Shown piece by piece: positions 1-15,400 of a stretch of DNA of 64,000 nt (positions within the stretch are counted from its first letter, which is position 1; each line of letters starts with the position of its first letter). The stretch lies in NCBI RefSeq assembly GCF_009914755.1, contig NC_060933.1; one strand, given 5' to 3'. The notes beneath the pieces were generated by a model. That model was not told the DNA's origin. It searched no databases and saw only the letters and a program-made list of their open reading frames with translations. The DNA comes from the human T2T-CHM13v2.0 reference genome, Homo sapiens. The position numbers and the translations under genes were made by a program.

Positions 1-3000
1 ATACCAGGTTTGAGACACTCTTTCTGCACTATCTGGAAGTGGACATTTGGAGCGCTTTGAGGCCTATGATGAAAAAGGAAATATCTTCCCATAAAAACAA
101 GACAGAAGCATTCTCAGAAACTTGTTTGTGATGTGTGTATTCAACTAACAGAGATGAACCTTTCTTTTTACAGAGCAGTTTTGAAACACTCTTTTTGTGG
201 AATCTGAAAGTGGATATTTGGATAGCTTTGAGGATTTCGTTGGAAACGGGATTACATTTAAGATCTAGAGAGAAGCATTCTCAGGAACTTCTTTGTGATG
301 TTTGCATTCAAGTCACAGAACTGAACATTCCCTTTCATAGAGCATGTTTGAAACACTCTTTCTGTAGTATCTGCAAACGGACATTTCAAGCGCTTTCAGG
401 CCTATGGTAAGAAAGGAAATATCTTCAAATAAAAACTAGACAGAAGCATTCTCAGAAACTTATTTGCGATGTGTGTCCTCAACTAACAGAGTTGAACCTT
501 TGTTTTGATACAACATTTTGGAAACACTCTTTGTGTAGAATCTGCAAGTGGATATTTGGATAGCTTTGAAGGTTTCGTTGGAAACGGGAATATCTTCATA
601 TAAAATCAAGACAGAAGCATTCTCAGAAACTTCTCTGTGATGTTTGCATTCAACTCATAGAGTTGAACACTTCCCTTCATAGAGCAGGTTTGAAACACTC
701 TTTTTGTAATATTTGGAAGTGGACATTTGCAGCGCTTTGAGGCCTATGTTGAAAAAGGAAATATCTTCTCCTAAAAACCAGACAGAAGCATTCTCAGAAA
801 CTTCCTTGTGATGTGTGTACTCAAGTAACAGAGTTGAACCTTACTTTTGACAGAGCCGTTTTGAAACAGTCTTTTTGTAGAATCTGGAAGTAGATATTTG
901 GATACCTTTGAGGATTTCTTTGGAAACGGGATATCTTCATATAAAATCTAGACAGAAGCATTCTCAGAAACTTCTTTCTGCTGTATGTCCTCAATTAACA
1001 GAGTTGAACCTTTGTGTGGATACAGCATTTTGGAAACACTCCTTTAGTAGAATCTGCAAGTTGATATTTAGATAGCTAGGAAGATTTCCTTGGAAACGGG
1101 AATATCTTCATATAAAATCTAGACGGAAGCATTCTCAGAAAGTGCTTTGTGATGTTTGCATTCAAGTCACAGAGTTGAATATTCCCTTTTATAGAGCAGG
1201 TTTGAAACACTCTTTCTGCACTACCTGGAAGTGGACATTTGGAGCGCTTTGAGGCCTATGTTGAAAAAGGAAATATCTTCCCATAAAAACTAGACAGAAG
1301 CATTCTCAGAAACTTGTTTGTGATGTGTGTATTCAACTAACAGAGATGAAACTTTCTTTTTACAGAGCAGTTTTGAAACACTCTTTTTGTGGAATCTGAA
1401 AGTGGATATTTGGATAGCTTTGAGGATTTCGTTGGAAACGGGATTACATATAAAATCCAGAGAGAAGCATTCTCAGGAACTACTTTGTGATGTTTGCATT
1501 CAAGTCACAGAACTGAACATTCCCTTTCATAGAGCAGGTTTGAAACACTCTTTCTGTAGTATCTGCAAGCGGACGTTTCAAGCGCTTTCAGGCCTATGGT
1601 GAGAAAGGATATATCTTCAAGTAAAAACTAGACAGAAGCATTCTCAGAAACTTATTTGCCATGTGTGTTCTCAACTAACAGAGTTGAACCTTTGTTTTGA
1701 TACGGCATTTTGGAAACACTCTTTTTGTAGAATCTGCAGGTGGATATTCGGATAGCTTTGAAGGTTTCGTTGGAAACGGGAATAACTTCATATAAAATCT
1801 AGACGGAAGCATTCTCAGAAACTGCTTTGTGATGTTTTCATTCAAGTCACAGAGTAGAATGTTCCCTTTTATATACCAGGTTTGAGACACTCTTTCTGCA
1901 CTATCTGGAAGTGGACATTTGGAGCGCTTTGAGGCCTATGATGAAAAAGGAAATATCTTCCCATAAAAACAAGACAGAAGCATTCTCAGAAACTTGTTTG
2001 TGATGTGTGTATTCAACTAACAGAGATGAACCTTTCTTTTTACAGAGCAGTTTTGAAACACTCTTTTTGTGGAATCTGAAAGTGGATATTTGCATAGCTT
2101 TGAGGATTTCGTTGGAAACGGGATTACATATAAGATCTAGAGAGAAGCACTCTCAGGAACTTCTTTGTGATGTTTGCATTCAAGTCACAGAACTGAACAT
2201 TCCCTTTCATAGAGCATGTTTGAAACACTCTTTCTGTAGTATCTGCAAACGGACATTTCAAGCGCTTTCAGGCCTATGGTAAGAAAGGAAATATCTTCAA
2301 ATAAAAACTAGACAGAAGCATTCTCAGAAACTTATTTGCGATGTGTGTCCTCAACTAACAGAGTTGAACCTTTGTTTTGATACAACATTTTGGAAACACT
2401 CTTTGTGTAGAATCTGCAAGTGGATATTTGGATAGCTTTGAAGGTTTCGTTGGAAACGGGAATATCTTCATATAAAATCAAGACAGAAGCATTCTCAGAA
2501 ACTTCTCTGTGATGTTTGCATTCAACTCATAGAGTTTAACACTTCCCTTCATAGAGCAGGTTTGAAACACTCTTTTTGTAATATTTGGAAGTGGACATTT
2601 GCAGCGCTTTGAGGCCTATGTTGAAAAAGGAAATATCTTCTCCTAAAAACCAGACAGAAGCATTCTCAGAAACTTCCTTGTGATGTGTGTACTCAAGTAA
2701 CAGAGTTGAACCTTCCTTTTGACAGAGCCGTTTTGAAACAGTCTTTTTGTAGAATCTGGAAGTAGATATTTGGATACCTTTGAGGATTTCTTTGGAAACG
2801 GGATATCTTCATATAAAATCTAGACAGAAGCATTCTCAGAAACTTCTTTCTGCTGTATGTCCTCAATTAACAGAGTTGAACCTTTGTGTGGATACAGCAT
2901 TTTGGAAACATACCTTTAGTAGAATCTGCAAGTTGATATTTAGATAGCTAGGAAGATTTCCTTGGAAACGGGAATATCTTCATATAAAATCTAGACGGAA

Positions 3001-6000
3001 GCATTCTCAGAAAGTGCTTTGTGATGTTTGCATTCAAGTCACAGAGTTGAATATTCCCTTTTATAGAGCAGGTTTGAAACACTCTTTCTGCACTACCTGG
3101 AAGTGGACATTTGGAGCGCTTTGAAGCCTATGTTGAAAAAGGAAATATCTTCCCATAAAAACTAGACAGAAGCATTCTCAGAAACTTGTTTGTGATGTGT
3201 GTATTCAACTAACAGAGATGAACCTTTCTTTTTACAGAGCAGTTTTGAAACACTCTTTTTGTGGAATCTGAAAGTGGATATTTGGATAGCTTTGAGGATT
3301 TCGTTGGAAACGGGATTACATATAAAATCCACAGAGAAGCATTCTCAGGAACTTCTTTGTGATGTTTGCATTCAAGTCACAGAACTGAACATTCCCTTTC
3401 ATAGAGCAGGTTTGAAACACTCTTTCTGTAGTATCTGCAAGCGGACGTTTCAAGCGCTTTCAGGCCTATGGTGAGAAAGGAAATATCTTCAAGTAAAAAC
3501 TAGACAGAAGCATTCTCAGAAACTTATTTGCCATGTGTGTTCTCAACTAACAGAGTTGAACCTTTGTTTTGATACGGCATTTTGGAAACACTCTTTTTGT
3601 AGAATCTGCAGGTGGATATTCGGATAGCTTTGAAGGTTTCGTTGGAAACGGGAATAACTTCATATAAAATCTAGACGGAAGCATTCTCAGAAACTGCTTT
3701 GTGATGTTTTCATTCAAGTCACAGAGTAGAATGTTCCCTTTTATATACCAGGTTTGAGACACTCTTTCTGCACTATCTGGAAGTGGACATTTGGAGCGCT
3801 TTGAGGCCTATGATGAAAAAGGAAATATCTTCCCATAAAAACAAGACAGAAGCATTCTCAGAAACTTGTTTGTGATGTGTGTATTCAACTAACAGAGATG
3901 AACCTTTCTTTTTACAGAGCAGTTTTGAAACACTCTTTTTGTGGGATCTGAAAGTGGATATTTGGATAGCTTTGAGGATTTCGTTGGAAACGGGATTACA
4001 TTTAAGATCTAGAGAGAAGCATTCTCAGGAACTTCTTTGTGATGTTTGCATTCAAGTCACAGAACTGAACATTCCCTTTCATAGAGCATGTTTGAAACAC
4101 TCTTTCTGTAGTATCTGCAAACGGACATTTCAAGCGCTTTCAGGCCTATGGTAAGAAAGGAAATATCTTCAAATAAAAACTAGACAGAAGCATTCTCAGA
4201 AACTTATTTGCGATGTGTGTCCTCAACTAACAGAGTTGAACCTTTGTTTTGATACAACATTTTGGAAACACTCTTTGTGTAGAATCTGCAAGTGGATATT
4301 TGGATAGCTTTGAAGGTTTCGTTGGAAACAGGAATATCTTCATATAAAATCAAGACAGAAGCATTCTCAGAAACTTCTCTGTGATGTTTGCATTCAACTC
4401 ATAGAGTTGAACACTTCCCTTCATAGAGCAGGTTTGAAACACTCTTTTTGTAATATTTGGAAGTGGACATTTGCAGCGCTTTGAGGCCTATGTTGAAAAA
4501 GGAAATATCTTCTCCTAAAAACCAGACAGAAGCATTCTCAGAAACTTCCTTGTGATGTGTGTACTCAAGTAACAGAGTTGAACCTTACTTTTGACAGAGC
4601 CGTTTTGAAACAGTCTTTTTGTAGAATCTGGAAGTAGATATTTGGATACCTTTGAGGATTTCTTTGGAAACGGGATATCTTCATATAAAATCTAGACAGA
4701 AGCATTCTCAGAAACTTCTTTCTGCTGTATGTCCTCAATTAACAGAGTTGAACCTTTGTGTGGATACAGCATTTTGGAAACATACCTTTAGTAGAATCTG
4801 CAAGTTGATATTTAGATAGCTAGGAAGATTTCCTTGGAAACGGGAATATCTTCATATAAAATCTAGACGGAAGCATTCTCAGAAAGTGCTTTGTGATGTT
4901 TGCATTCAAGTCACAGAGTTGAATATTCCCTTTTATAGAGCAGGTTTGAAACACTCTTTCTGCACTACCTGGAAGTGGACATTTGGAGCGCTTTGAGGCC
5001 TATGTTGAAAAAGGAAATATCTTCCCATAAAAACTAGACAGAAGCATTCTCAGAAACTTGTTTGTGATGTGTGTATTCAACTAACAGAGATGAACCTTTC
5101 TTTTTACAGAGCAGTTTTGAAACACTCTTTTTGTGGAATCTGAAAGTGGATATTTGGATAGCTTTGAGGATTTCGTTGGAAACGGGATTACATATAAAAT
5201 CTAGAGAGAAGCATTCTCAGGAACTTCTTTGTGATGTTTGCATTCAAGTCACAGAACTGAACATTCCCTTTCATAGAGCAGGTTTGAAATACTCTTTCTG
5301 TAGTATCTGCAAGCGGACGTTTCAAGCCCTTTCAGGCCTATGGTGAGAAAGGAAATATCTTCAAGTAAAAACTAGACAGAAGCATTCTCAGAAACTTATT
5401 TGCCATGTGTGTTCTCAACTAACAGAGTTGAACCTTTGTTTTGATACGGCATTTTGGAAACACTCTTTTTGTAGAATCTGCAGGTGGATATTCGGATAGC
5501 TTTGAAGGTTTCGTTGGAAACGGGAATAACTTCATATAAAATCTAGACGGAAGCATTCTCAGAAACTGCTTTGTGATGTTTTCATTCAAGTCACAGAGTA
5601 GAATGTTCCCTTTTATATACCAGGTTTGAGACACTCTTTCTGCACTATCTGGAAGTGGACATTTGGAGCGCTTTGAGGCCTATGATGAAAAAGGAAATAT
5701 CTTCCCATAAAAACAAGACAGAAGCATTCTCAGAAACTTGTTTGTGATGTGTGTATTCAACTAACAGAGATGAACCTTTCTTTTTACAGAGCAGTTTTGA
5801 AACACTCTTTTTGTGGGATCTGAAAGTGGATATTTGGATAGCTTTGAGGATTTCGTTGGAAACGGGATTACATTTAAGATCTAGAGAGAAGCATTCTCAG
5901 GAACTTCTTTGTGATGTTTGCATTCAAGTCACAGAACTGAACATTCCCTTTCATAGAGCATGTTTGAAACACTCTTTCTGTAGTATCTGCAAACGGACAT

Positions 6001-9000
6001 TTCAAGCGCTTTCAGGCCTATGGTAAGAAAGGAAATATCTTCAAATAAAAACTAGACAGAAGCATTCTCAGAAACTTATTTGCGATGTGTGTCCTCAACT
6101 AACAGAGTTGAACCTTTGTTTTGATACAACATTTTGGAAACACTCTTTGTGTAGAATCTGCAAGTGGATATTTGGATAGCTTTGAAGGTTTCGTTGGAAA
6201 CGGGAATATCTTCATATAAAATCAAGACAGAAGCATTCTCAGAAACTTCTCTGTGATGTTTGCATTCAACTCATAGAGTTGAACACTTCCCTTCATAGAG
6301 CAGGTTTGAAACACTCTTTTTGTAATATTTGGAAGTGGACATTTGCAGCGCTTTGAGGCCTATGTTGAAAAAGGAAATATCTTCTCCTAAAAACCAGACA
6401 GAAGCATTCTCAGAAACTTCCTTGTGATGTGTGTACTCAAGTAACAGAGTTGAACCTTCCTTTTGACAGAGCCGTTTTGAAACAGTCTTTTTGTAGAATC
6501 TGGAAGTAGATATTTGGATACCTTTGAGGATTTCTTTGGAAACGGGATATCTTCATATAAAATCTAGACAGAAGCATTCTCAGAAACTTCTTTCTGCTGT
6601 ATGTCCTCAATTAACAGAGTTGAACCTTTGTGTGGATACAGCATTTTGGAAACATTCCTTTAGTAGAATCTGCAAGTTGATATTTAGATAGCTAGGAAGA
6701 TTTCCTTGGAAACGGGAATATCTTCATATAAAATCTAGACGGAAGCATTCTCAGAAAGTGCTTTGTGATGTTTGCATTCAAGTCACAGAGTAGAATGTTC
6801 CCTATTATAGAGCAGGTTTGAAACACTCTGTGCACTACCTGGAAGTGGACATTTGGAGCGCTTTGAGGCCTATGTTGAAAAAGGAAATATCTTCCCATAA
6901 AAACTAGACAGAAGCATTCTCAGAAACTTGTTTGTGATGTGTGTATTCAACTAACAGAGATGAACCTTTCTTTTTACAGAGCAGTTTTGAAACACTCTTT
7001 TTGTGGAATCTGAAAGTGGATATTTGGATAGCTTTGAGGATTTCGTTGGAAACGGGATTACATATAAAATCTAGAGAGAAGCATTCTCAGGAACTTCTTT
7101 GTGATGTTTGCATTCAAGTCACAGAACTGAGCATTCCCTTTCATAGAGCATGTTTGAAACACTCTTTCTGTAGTATCTGCAAGCGGACGTTTCAAGCGCT
7201 TTCAGGCCTATGGTGAGAAAGGAAATATCTTCAAGTAAAAACTAGACAGAAGCATTCTCAGAAACTTATTTGCCATGTGTGTTCTCAACTAACAGAGTTG
7301 AACCTTTGTTTTGATACGGCATTTTGGAAACACTCTTTTTGTAGAATTTGCAGGTGGATATTCGGATAGCTTTGAAGGTTTCTTTGGAAACGGGAATAAC
7401 TTCATATAAAATCTAGACGGAAGCATTCTCAGAAACTGCTTTGTGATGTTTTCATTCAAGTCACAGAGTAGAATGTTCCCTTTTATATACCAGGTTTGAG
7501 ACACTCTTTCTGCACTATCTGGAAGTGGACATTTGGAGCGCTTTGAGGCCTATGATGAAAAAGGAAATATCTTCCCATAAAAACAAGACAGAAGCATTCT
7601 CAGAAACTTGTTTGTGATGTGTGTATTCAACTAACAGAGATGAACCTTTCTTTTTACAGAGCAGTTTTGAAACACTCTTTTTGTGGAATCTGAAAGTGGA
7701 TATTTGGATAGCTTTGAGGATTTCGTTGGAAACGGGATTACATATAAGATCTAGAGAGAAGCATTCTCAGGAACTTCTTTGTGATGTTTGCATTCAAGTC
7801 ACAGAACTGAACATTCCCTTTCATAGAGCATGTTTGAAACACTCTTTCTGTAGTATCTGCAAACGGACATTTCAAGCGCTTTCAGGCCTATGGTAAGAAA
7901 GGAAATATCTTCAAATAAAAACTAGACAGAAGCATTCTCAGAAACTTATTTGCGATGTGTGTCCTCAACTAACAGAGTTGAACCTTTGTTTTGATACAAC
8001 ATTTTGGAAACACTCTTTTTGTAGAATCTGCAAGTGGATATTTGGATAGCTTTGAAGGTTTCGTTGTTAACGGGAATATCTTCATATAAAATCAAGACAG
8101 AAGCATTCTCAGAAACTTCTCTGTGATGTTTGGATTCAACTCATAGAGTTGAACACTTCCCTTCATAGAGCAGGTTTGAAACACTCTTTTTGTAATATTT
8201 GGAAGTGGACATTTGCAGCGCTTTGAGGCCTATGTTGAAAAAGGAAATATCTTCTCCTAAAAACCAGACAGAAGCATTCTCAGAAACTTCCTTGTGATGT
8301 GTGTACTCAAGTAACAGAGTTGAACCTTACTTTTGACAGAGCCCTTTTGAAACAGTCTTTTTGTAGAATCTGGAAGTAGATATTTGGACACCTTTGAGGA
8401 TTTCTTTGGAAACGGGATATCTTCATATAAAATCTAGACAGAAGCATTCTCAGAAACTTCTTTGTGCTGTATGTCCTCAATTAACAGAGTTGAACCTTTC
8501 CGTGGATACAGCATTTTGGAAACACTCCTTTAGTAGGATATGCAAGTTGATATTTAGATAGCTAGGAAGATTTCCTTGGAAACGGGAATATCTTCATATA
8601 AAATCTAGACGGAAGCATTCTCAGAAAGTGCTTTGTGATGTTTGCATTCAAGTCACAGAGTTGAATATTCCCTTTTATAGAGCAGGTTTGAAACACTCTT
8701 TCTGCACTACCTGGAAGTGGACATTTGGAGCGCTTTGAGGCCTATGTTGAAAAAGGAAATATCTTCCCATAAATACTAGACAGAAGCATTCTCAGAAACT
8801 TGTTTGTGATGTGTGTATTCAACTAACAGAGATGAACCTTTCTTTTTACAGAGCAGTTTTGAAGCACTCTTTTTGTGGAATCTGAAAGTGGATATTTGGA
8901 TAGCTTTGAGGATTTCGTTGGAAACGGGATTACATATAAAATCTAGAGAGAAGCATTCTCAGGAACTTCTTTGTGATGTTTGCATTCAAGTCACAGAACT

Positions 9001-9466
9001 GAACATTCCCTTTCATAGAGCATGTTTGAAACACTCCTTCTGTAGTATCTGCAAGCGGACGTTTCAAGCGCTTTCAGGCCTATGGTGAGAAAGGAAATAT
9101 CTTCAAGTAAAAACTAGACAGAAGCATTCTCAGAAACTTATTTGCCATGTGTGTTCTCAACTAACAGAGTTGAACCTTTGTTTTGATACGGCATTTTGGA
9201 AACATTCTTTTTGTAGAATCTGCGGGTGCATATTCGGATAGCTTTGAAGGTTTCGTTGGAAACGGGAATAACTTCATATAAAATCTAGACGGAAGCATTC
9301 TCAGAAACTGCTTTGTGATGTTTTCATTCAAGTCACAGAGTAGAATGTTCCCTTTTATATACCAGGTTTGAGACACTCTTTCTGCACTATCTGGAAGTGG
9401 ACATTTGGAGCGCTTTGAGACCTATGATGAAAAAGGAAATATCTTCCCATAACAACTAGACAGAAG
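1..9466 (+). repeat. Canonical 11-mer HOR block, ~5 copies, 1872-bp period
   Basis: Marker monomer (spurious MYSTNRD ORF) at 135, 1327, 2007, 3199, 3879, 5071, 5751, 6941, 7621, 8813: strictly alternating ~1192 and 680 bp spacing. Confidence 0.95.
235..251 (+). promoter_or_regulatory. CENP-B box (representative; 4 intact boxes per canonical 11-mer)
   Basis: tttcgttggaaacggga matches NTTCGNNNNANNCGGGN. Further intact boxes lie near 573, 1427 and 1765. Boxes near 915 (TTCT) and 1085 (TTCC) are broken. Confidence 0.95.
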
Positions 9467-12400
9467 CATTCTCAGAAACTTGTTTGTGATGTGTGTATTC
9501 AACTAACAGAGATGAACCTTTCTTTTTACAGAGCAGTTTTGAAACACTCTTTTTGTGGAATCTGAAAGTGGATATTTGATAGCTTTGAGGATTTCGTTGG
9601 AAACGGGATTACATATAAAATCTAGGGAGAAGCACTCTCAGGAATTTCTTTGTGATGTTTGCATTCAAGTCACAGAACTGAACATTCCCTTTCATAGAGC
9701 AGGTTTGAAACACTCTTTCCGTAGTATCTGCAAGCGGACGTTTCAAGCGCTTTCAGGCCTCTGGTGAAAAAGGAAATATCTTCAAATAAAAAGTAGACAG
9801 AAGAATTCTCAGAAACTTATTTGCGATGTGTGTTCTCAACTAACAGTGTTGAACCTTTGTTTTGATACAGCATTTTGGAAACACTCTTTTGCAGGATCTG
9901 CAGGTGGATATTTGGATAGCTTTGAAGGTTTCGTTGGAAACGGGAATATCTTCATATAAAATCAAGACAGAAGCATTCTCAGAAACTTCTCTGTGATGTT
10001 TGCATTCAACTCATAGAGTTGAACACTTCCTATCATGGAGCTGGTTTGAAACACTCTTTTTGTAATATTTGGAAGTGGACATTGGCAGCGCTTTGAGGCC
10101 TATGGTGAAAAAGGAGATATCTTCTCCTAAAAACCAGACAGAAGCATTCTCAGAAACTTCCTTGTGATGTGTGTACTCAAGTAACAGAGTTGAACCTTCC
10201 TTTTGACAGAGCATTTTTGTAACATTCTTTTTGTAGAATCTGCAACTGGATATTTTGATACCTTTGAGGATTTCGTTGGACACTGGATATCTTCATATAA
10301 AATCTAGACAGAAGCATTCTCAGAAACTTCTTTGTGCTGTATGTCCTCAATTAACAGAGTTGAACCTTTGTGTGGATACAGCATTTTGGAAACATTCCGT
10401 TAGTAGAATCTGCAAGTTGATATTTAGATAGCTAGGAAGATTTCCTTGGAAACGGGAATAGCTTCATATAAAATCTAGACGGAAGCATTCTCAGAAACTG
10501 CTTTGTGATGTCTTCCATCAAGTCACAGAGTAGAATGTTCCCTTTTATAGAGCAGGTTTGAAACACTCTGTGCACTACCTGGAAGTGGACATTTGGAGCG
10601 CTTTGAGGCCTATGTTGAAAAAGGAAATATCTTCCCATAGAAACTAGACAGAAGCATTCTCAGAAACTTGTTTGTGATGTGTGTATTCAACTAACAGAGA
10701 TGAACCTTTCTTTTTACAGAGCAGTTTTGAAACACTCTTTTTGTGGAATCTGAAAGTGGATATTTGGATAGCTTTGAGGATTTCGTTGGAAACGGGATTA
10801 CATATAAAATCTAGGGAGAAGCATTCTCAGGAACTTCTTTGTGATGTTTGCATTCAAGTCACAGAACTGAACATTCCCTTTCATAGAGCAGGTTTGAAAC
10901 ACTCTTTCTGTAGTATCTGCAAGCGGACGTTTCAAGCGCTTTCAGGCCTATGGTGAGAAAGGAAATATCTTCAAATAAAAACTAGACAGAAGCATTCTCA
11001 GAAACTTCTTTGCGATGTGTGTTCTCAACTAACAGAGTTGAACCTTTGTTTTGATACAGCATTTTGGAAACACTCTTTTTGTAGGATCTTCAGGTGGATA
11101 TTTGGATAGCTTTGAAGGTTTCGTTGGAAACGGGAATATCTTCATATAAAATCAAGACAGAAGCATTCTCAGAAACTTCTCTGTGATGTTTGCATTCAAC
11201 TCATAGAGTTGAACACTTCCCTTCATAGAGCAGGTTTGAAACACTGTTTTTGTAATATTTGGAAGTGGACATTTGCAGCGCTTTGAGGCCTATGTTGAAA
11301 AAGGAAATATCTTCTCCTAAAAACCAGACAGAAGGATTCTCACAAACTTCCTTGTGATGTGTGTACTCAAGTAACAGAGTTGAACCTTACTTTTGACAGA
11401 GCCGTTTTGAAAAAGTCTTTTTGTAGAATCTGGAAGTAGATATTTGGATACCTTTGAGGATTTCTTTGGAAACGGGATATCTTCATAAAAAATCTAGACA
11501 GAAGCATTCTCAGAAACTTCTTTGTGCTGTATGTCCTCAATTAACAGAGTTGAACCTTTGTGTGGATACAGCATTTTGGAAATATTCCTTTAGTAGAATC
11601 TGCAAGTTGATATTTAGATAGCTAGGAAGATTTCCTTGGAAACGGGAATATCTTCATATAAAATCTTGACGGAAGCATTCTCGGAAACTGCTTTGTGATG
11701 TCTTCATTCAAGTCACAGAGTAGAATGTTCCCTATTATAGAGCAGGTTTGAAACACTCTGTGCACTACCTGGAAGTGGACATTTGGAGCGCTTTGAGGCC
11801 TATGTTGAAAAAGGAAATATCTTCCCATAGAAACTAGACAGAAGCATTCTCAGAAACTTGTTTGTGATGTGTGTATTCAACTAACAGAGATGAACCTTTC
11901 TTTTTACAGAGCAGTTTTGAAACACTCTTTTTGTGGAATCTGAAAGTGGATATTTGGATAGCTTTGAGGATTTCGTTGGAAACGGGATTACATATAAAAT
12001 CTAGGGAGAAGCATTCTCAGGAACTTCTTTGTGATGTTTGCATTCAAGTCACAGAACTGAACATTCCCTTTCATAGAGCAGGTTTGAAACACACTTTCTG
12101 TAGTATCTGCAAGGGGACGTTTCAAGCTCTTTCAGGCCTGTGGTGAAAAAGGAAATATCTTCAAATAAAGACTAGACAGAAGCATTCTCAGAAACTGATT
12201 TGCGATGTGTGTTCTCAACTAACAGAGTTGAACCTTTGTTTTGATACAGCATTTTGGAAACACTCTTTTTGTAGGATCTGCAGGTGGATATTTGGATAGC
12301 TTAGAAGGTTTCGTTGGAAATGGGAATATCTTCATATAAAATGAAGACAGAAGCATTCTCAGAAACTTCTCTGTGATGTTTGCATTCAACTCATGGAGTT

Positions 12401-15400
12401 GAACACTTCCTTTCATAGAGCAGGTTTGAAACAGTCTGTGCACTACCTGGAAGTGGACATTTGGAGCGCTTTGAGGCCTATGTTGAAAAAGGAAATATCT
12501 TCCCATAAAAACTAGACAGAAGCATTCTCAGAAACTTGTTTGTGATGTGTGTATTCAACTAACAGAGATGAACTTTTCTTTTTACAGAGCAGTTTTGAAA
12601 CACTCTTTTTGTGGAATCTGAAAGTGGATATTTGGATAGCTTTGAGGATTTCGTTGGAAACGGGATTACATATAAAATCTAGGGAGAAGCATTCTCAGGA
12701 ACTTCTTTGTGATGTTTGCATTCAAGTCACAGAACCGAACATTCCCTTTCATAGAGCAGGATTGAAACACTCTTTCTGTAGTATCTGCAAGCGGACGTTT
12801 CAAGCGCTTTCAGGCCTGTGGTGAAAAAGGAAATATCTTCAAATAAAAACTAGACAGAAGCATTCTCAGAAACTTATTTGCGATGTGTGTTCTCAACTAA
12901 CAGAGTTGAACCTTTGTTTTGATACAGCATTTTGGAAACACTCTTTTTGTAGGATCTGCAGGTGGATATTTGGATAGCTTTGAAGGTTTCGTTGGAAACG
13001 GGAATATCTTCATATAAAATCAAGACAGAAGCATTCTCAGAAACTTCTCTGTGATGTTTGCATTCAACTCATAGAGTTGAACACTTCCCTTCATAGAGCA
13101 GGTTTGAAACACTCTTTTTGTAATATTTGGAAGTGGACATTTACAGCGCTTTGAGGCCTATGTTGAAAAAGGAAATATCTTCCCATAAAAACTAGACAGA
13201 AGCATTCTCAGAAACTTGTTTGTGATGTGTGTATTCAACTAACAGAGATGAAGCTTTCTTTTTACAGAGCAGTTTTGAAACACTCTTTTTGTGGAATCTG
13301 AAAGTGGATATTTGGATAGCTTTGAGGATTTCGTTGGAAACGGGATGACATATAAAATCTAGGGAGAAGCATTCTCAGGAACTTCTTTGTGATGTTTGCA
13401 TTCAAGTCACAGAACTGAACATTCCCTTTCATAGAGCAGGTTTGAAACACTCTTTCTGTAGTATCTGCAAGCGGACGTTTCAAGCGCTTTCAGGCCTGTG
13501 GTGAAAAAGGAAATATCTTCAAATAAAAACTAGACAGAAGCATTCTCAGAAACTTATTTGCGATGTGTGTTCTCAACTAACAGAGTTGAACCTTTGTTTT
13601 GATACAGCATTTTGGAAACACTCTTTTTGTAGGATCTGCAGGTGGATATTTGGATAGCTTTGAAGGTTTCGTTGGAAACGGGAATATCTTCATATAAAAT
13701 CAAGACAGAAGCATTCTCAGAAACTTCTCTGTGATGTTTGCATTCAACTCATAGAGTTGAACACTTCCCTTCATAGAGCAGGTTTGAAACACCCTTTTTG
13801 TAATATTTGGAAGTGGACATTTGCAGCGCTTTGAGGCCTATGTTGAAAAAGGAAATATCTTCTCCTAAAAACCAGACAGAAGCATTCTCAGAAACTTCCT
13901 TGTGATGTGTGTACTCAAGTAACAGAGTTGAACCTTACTTTTGACAGAGCCGTTTTGAAAAAGTCTTTTTGTAGAATCTGGAAGTAGATATATGGATACC
14001 TTTGAGGATTTCTTTGGAAACGGGATATCTTCATAAAAAATCTAGACAGAAGCATTCTCAGAAACTTCTTTGTGCTGTATGTCCTCAATTAACAGAGTTG
14101 AACCCTTGTGTGGATACAGCATTTTGGAAACATTCCTTTAGTAGAATCTGCAAGTTGATATTTAGATAGCTAGGAAGATTTCCTTGGAAACGGGAATATC
14201 TTCATATAAAATCTTGACGGAAGCATTCTCAGAAACTGCTTTGTGATGTCTTCATTCAAGTCACAGAGTAGAATGTTCCCTATTATAGAGCAGGTTTGAA
14301 ACACTCTGTGCACTACCTGGAAGTGGACATTTGGAGCGCTTTGAGGCCTATGTTGAAAAAGGAAATATCTTCCCATAGAAACTAGACAGAAGCATTCTCA
14401 GAAACTTGTTTGTGATGTGTGTATTCAACTAACAGAGATGAACCTTTCTTTTTACACAGCAGTTTTGAAACACTCTTTTTGTGGAATCTGAAAGTGGATA
14501 TTTGGATAGCTTTGAGGATTTCGTTGGAAACGGGATTACATATAAAATCTAGGGAGAAGCATTCTCAGGAACTTCTTTGTGATGTTTGCATTCAAGTCAC
14601 ACAACTGAACATTCCCTTTCATAGAGCAGGTTTGAAACACTCTTTCTGTAGTATCTGCAAGCGGACGTTTCAAGCGCTTTCAGGCCTGTGGTGAAAAAGG
14701 AAATATCTTCAAATAAAAACTAGACAGAAGCATTCTCAGAAACTGATTTGCGATGTGTGTTCTCAACTAACAGAGTTGAACCTTTGTTTTGATACAGCAT
14801 TTTGGAAACACTCTTTTTGTAGGATCTGCAGGTGGATATTTGGATAGCTTAGAAGGTTTCGTTGGAAACGGGAATATCTTCATAGAAAATCAAGACAGAA
14901 GCATTCTCAGAAACTTCTCTGTGATGTTTGCATTCAACTCATGGATTTGAACACTTCCTTTCATAGAGCAGGTTTGAAACAGTCTGTGCACTACCTGGAA
15001 GTGGACATTTGGAGCGCTTTGAGGCCTATGTTGAAAAAGGAAATATCTTCCCATAAAAACTAGACAGAAGCATTCTCAGAAACTTGTTTGTGATGTGTGT
15101 ATTCAACTAACAGAGATGAACTTTTCTTTTTACAGAGCAGTTTTGAAACACTCTTTTTGTGGAATCTGAAAGTGGATATTTGGATAGCTTTGAGGATTTC
15201 GTTGGAAACGGGATTACATATAAAATCTAGGGAGAAGCATTCTCAGGAACTTCTTTGTGATGTTTGCATTCAAGTCACAGAACTGAACATTCCCTTTCAT
15301 AGAGCAGGATTGAAACACTCTTTCTGTAGTATCTGCAAGCGGACGTTTCAAGCGCTTTCAGGCCTGTGTTGAAAAAGGAAATATCTTCAAATAAAAACTA

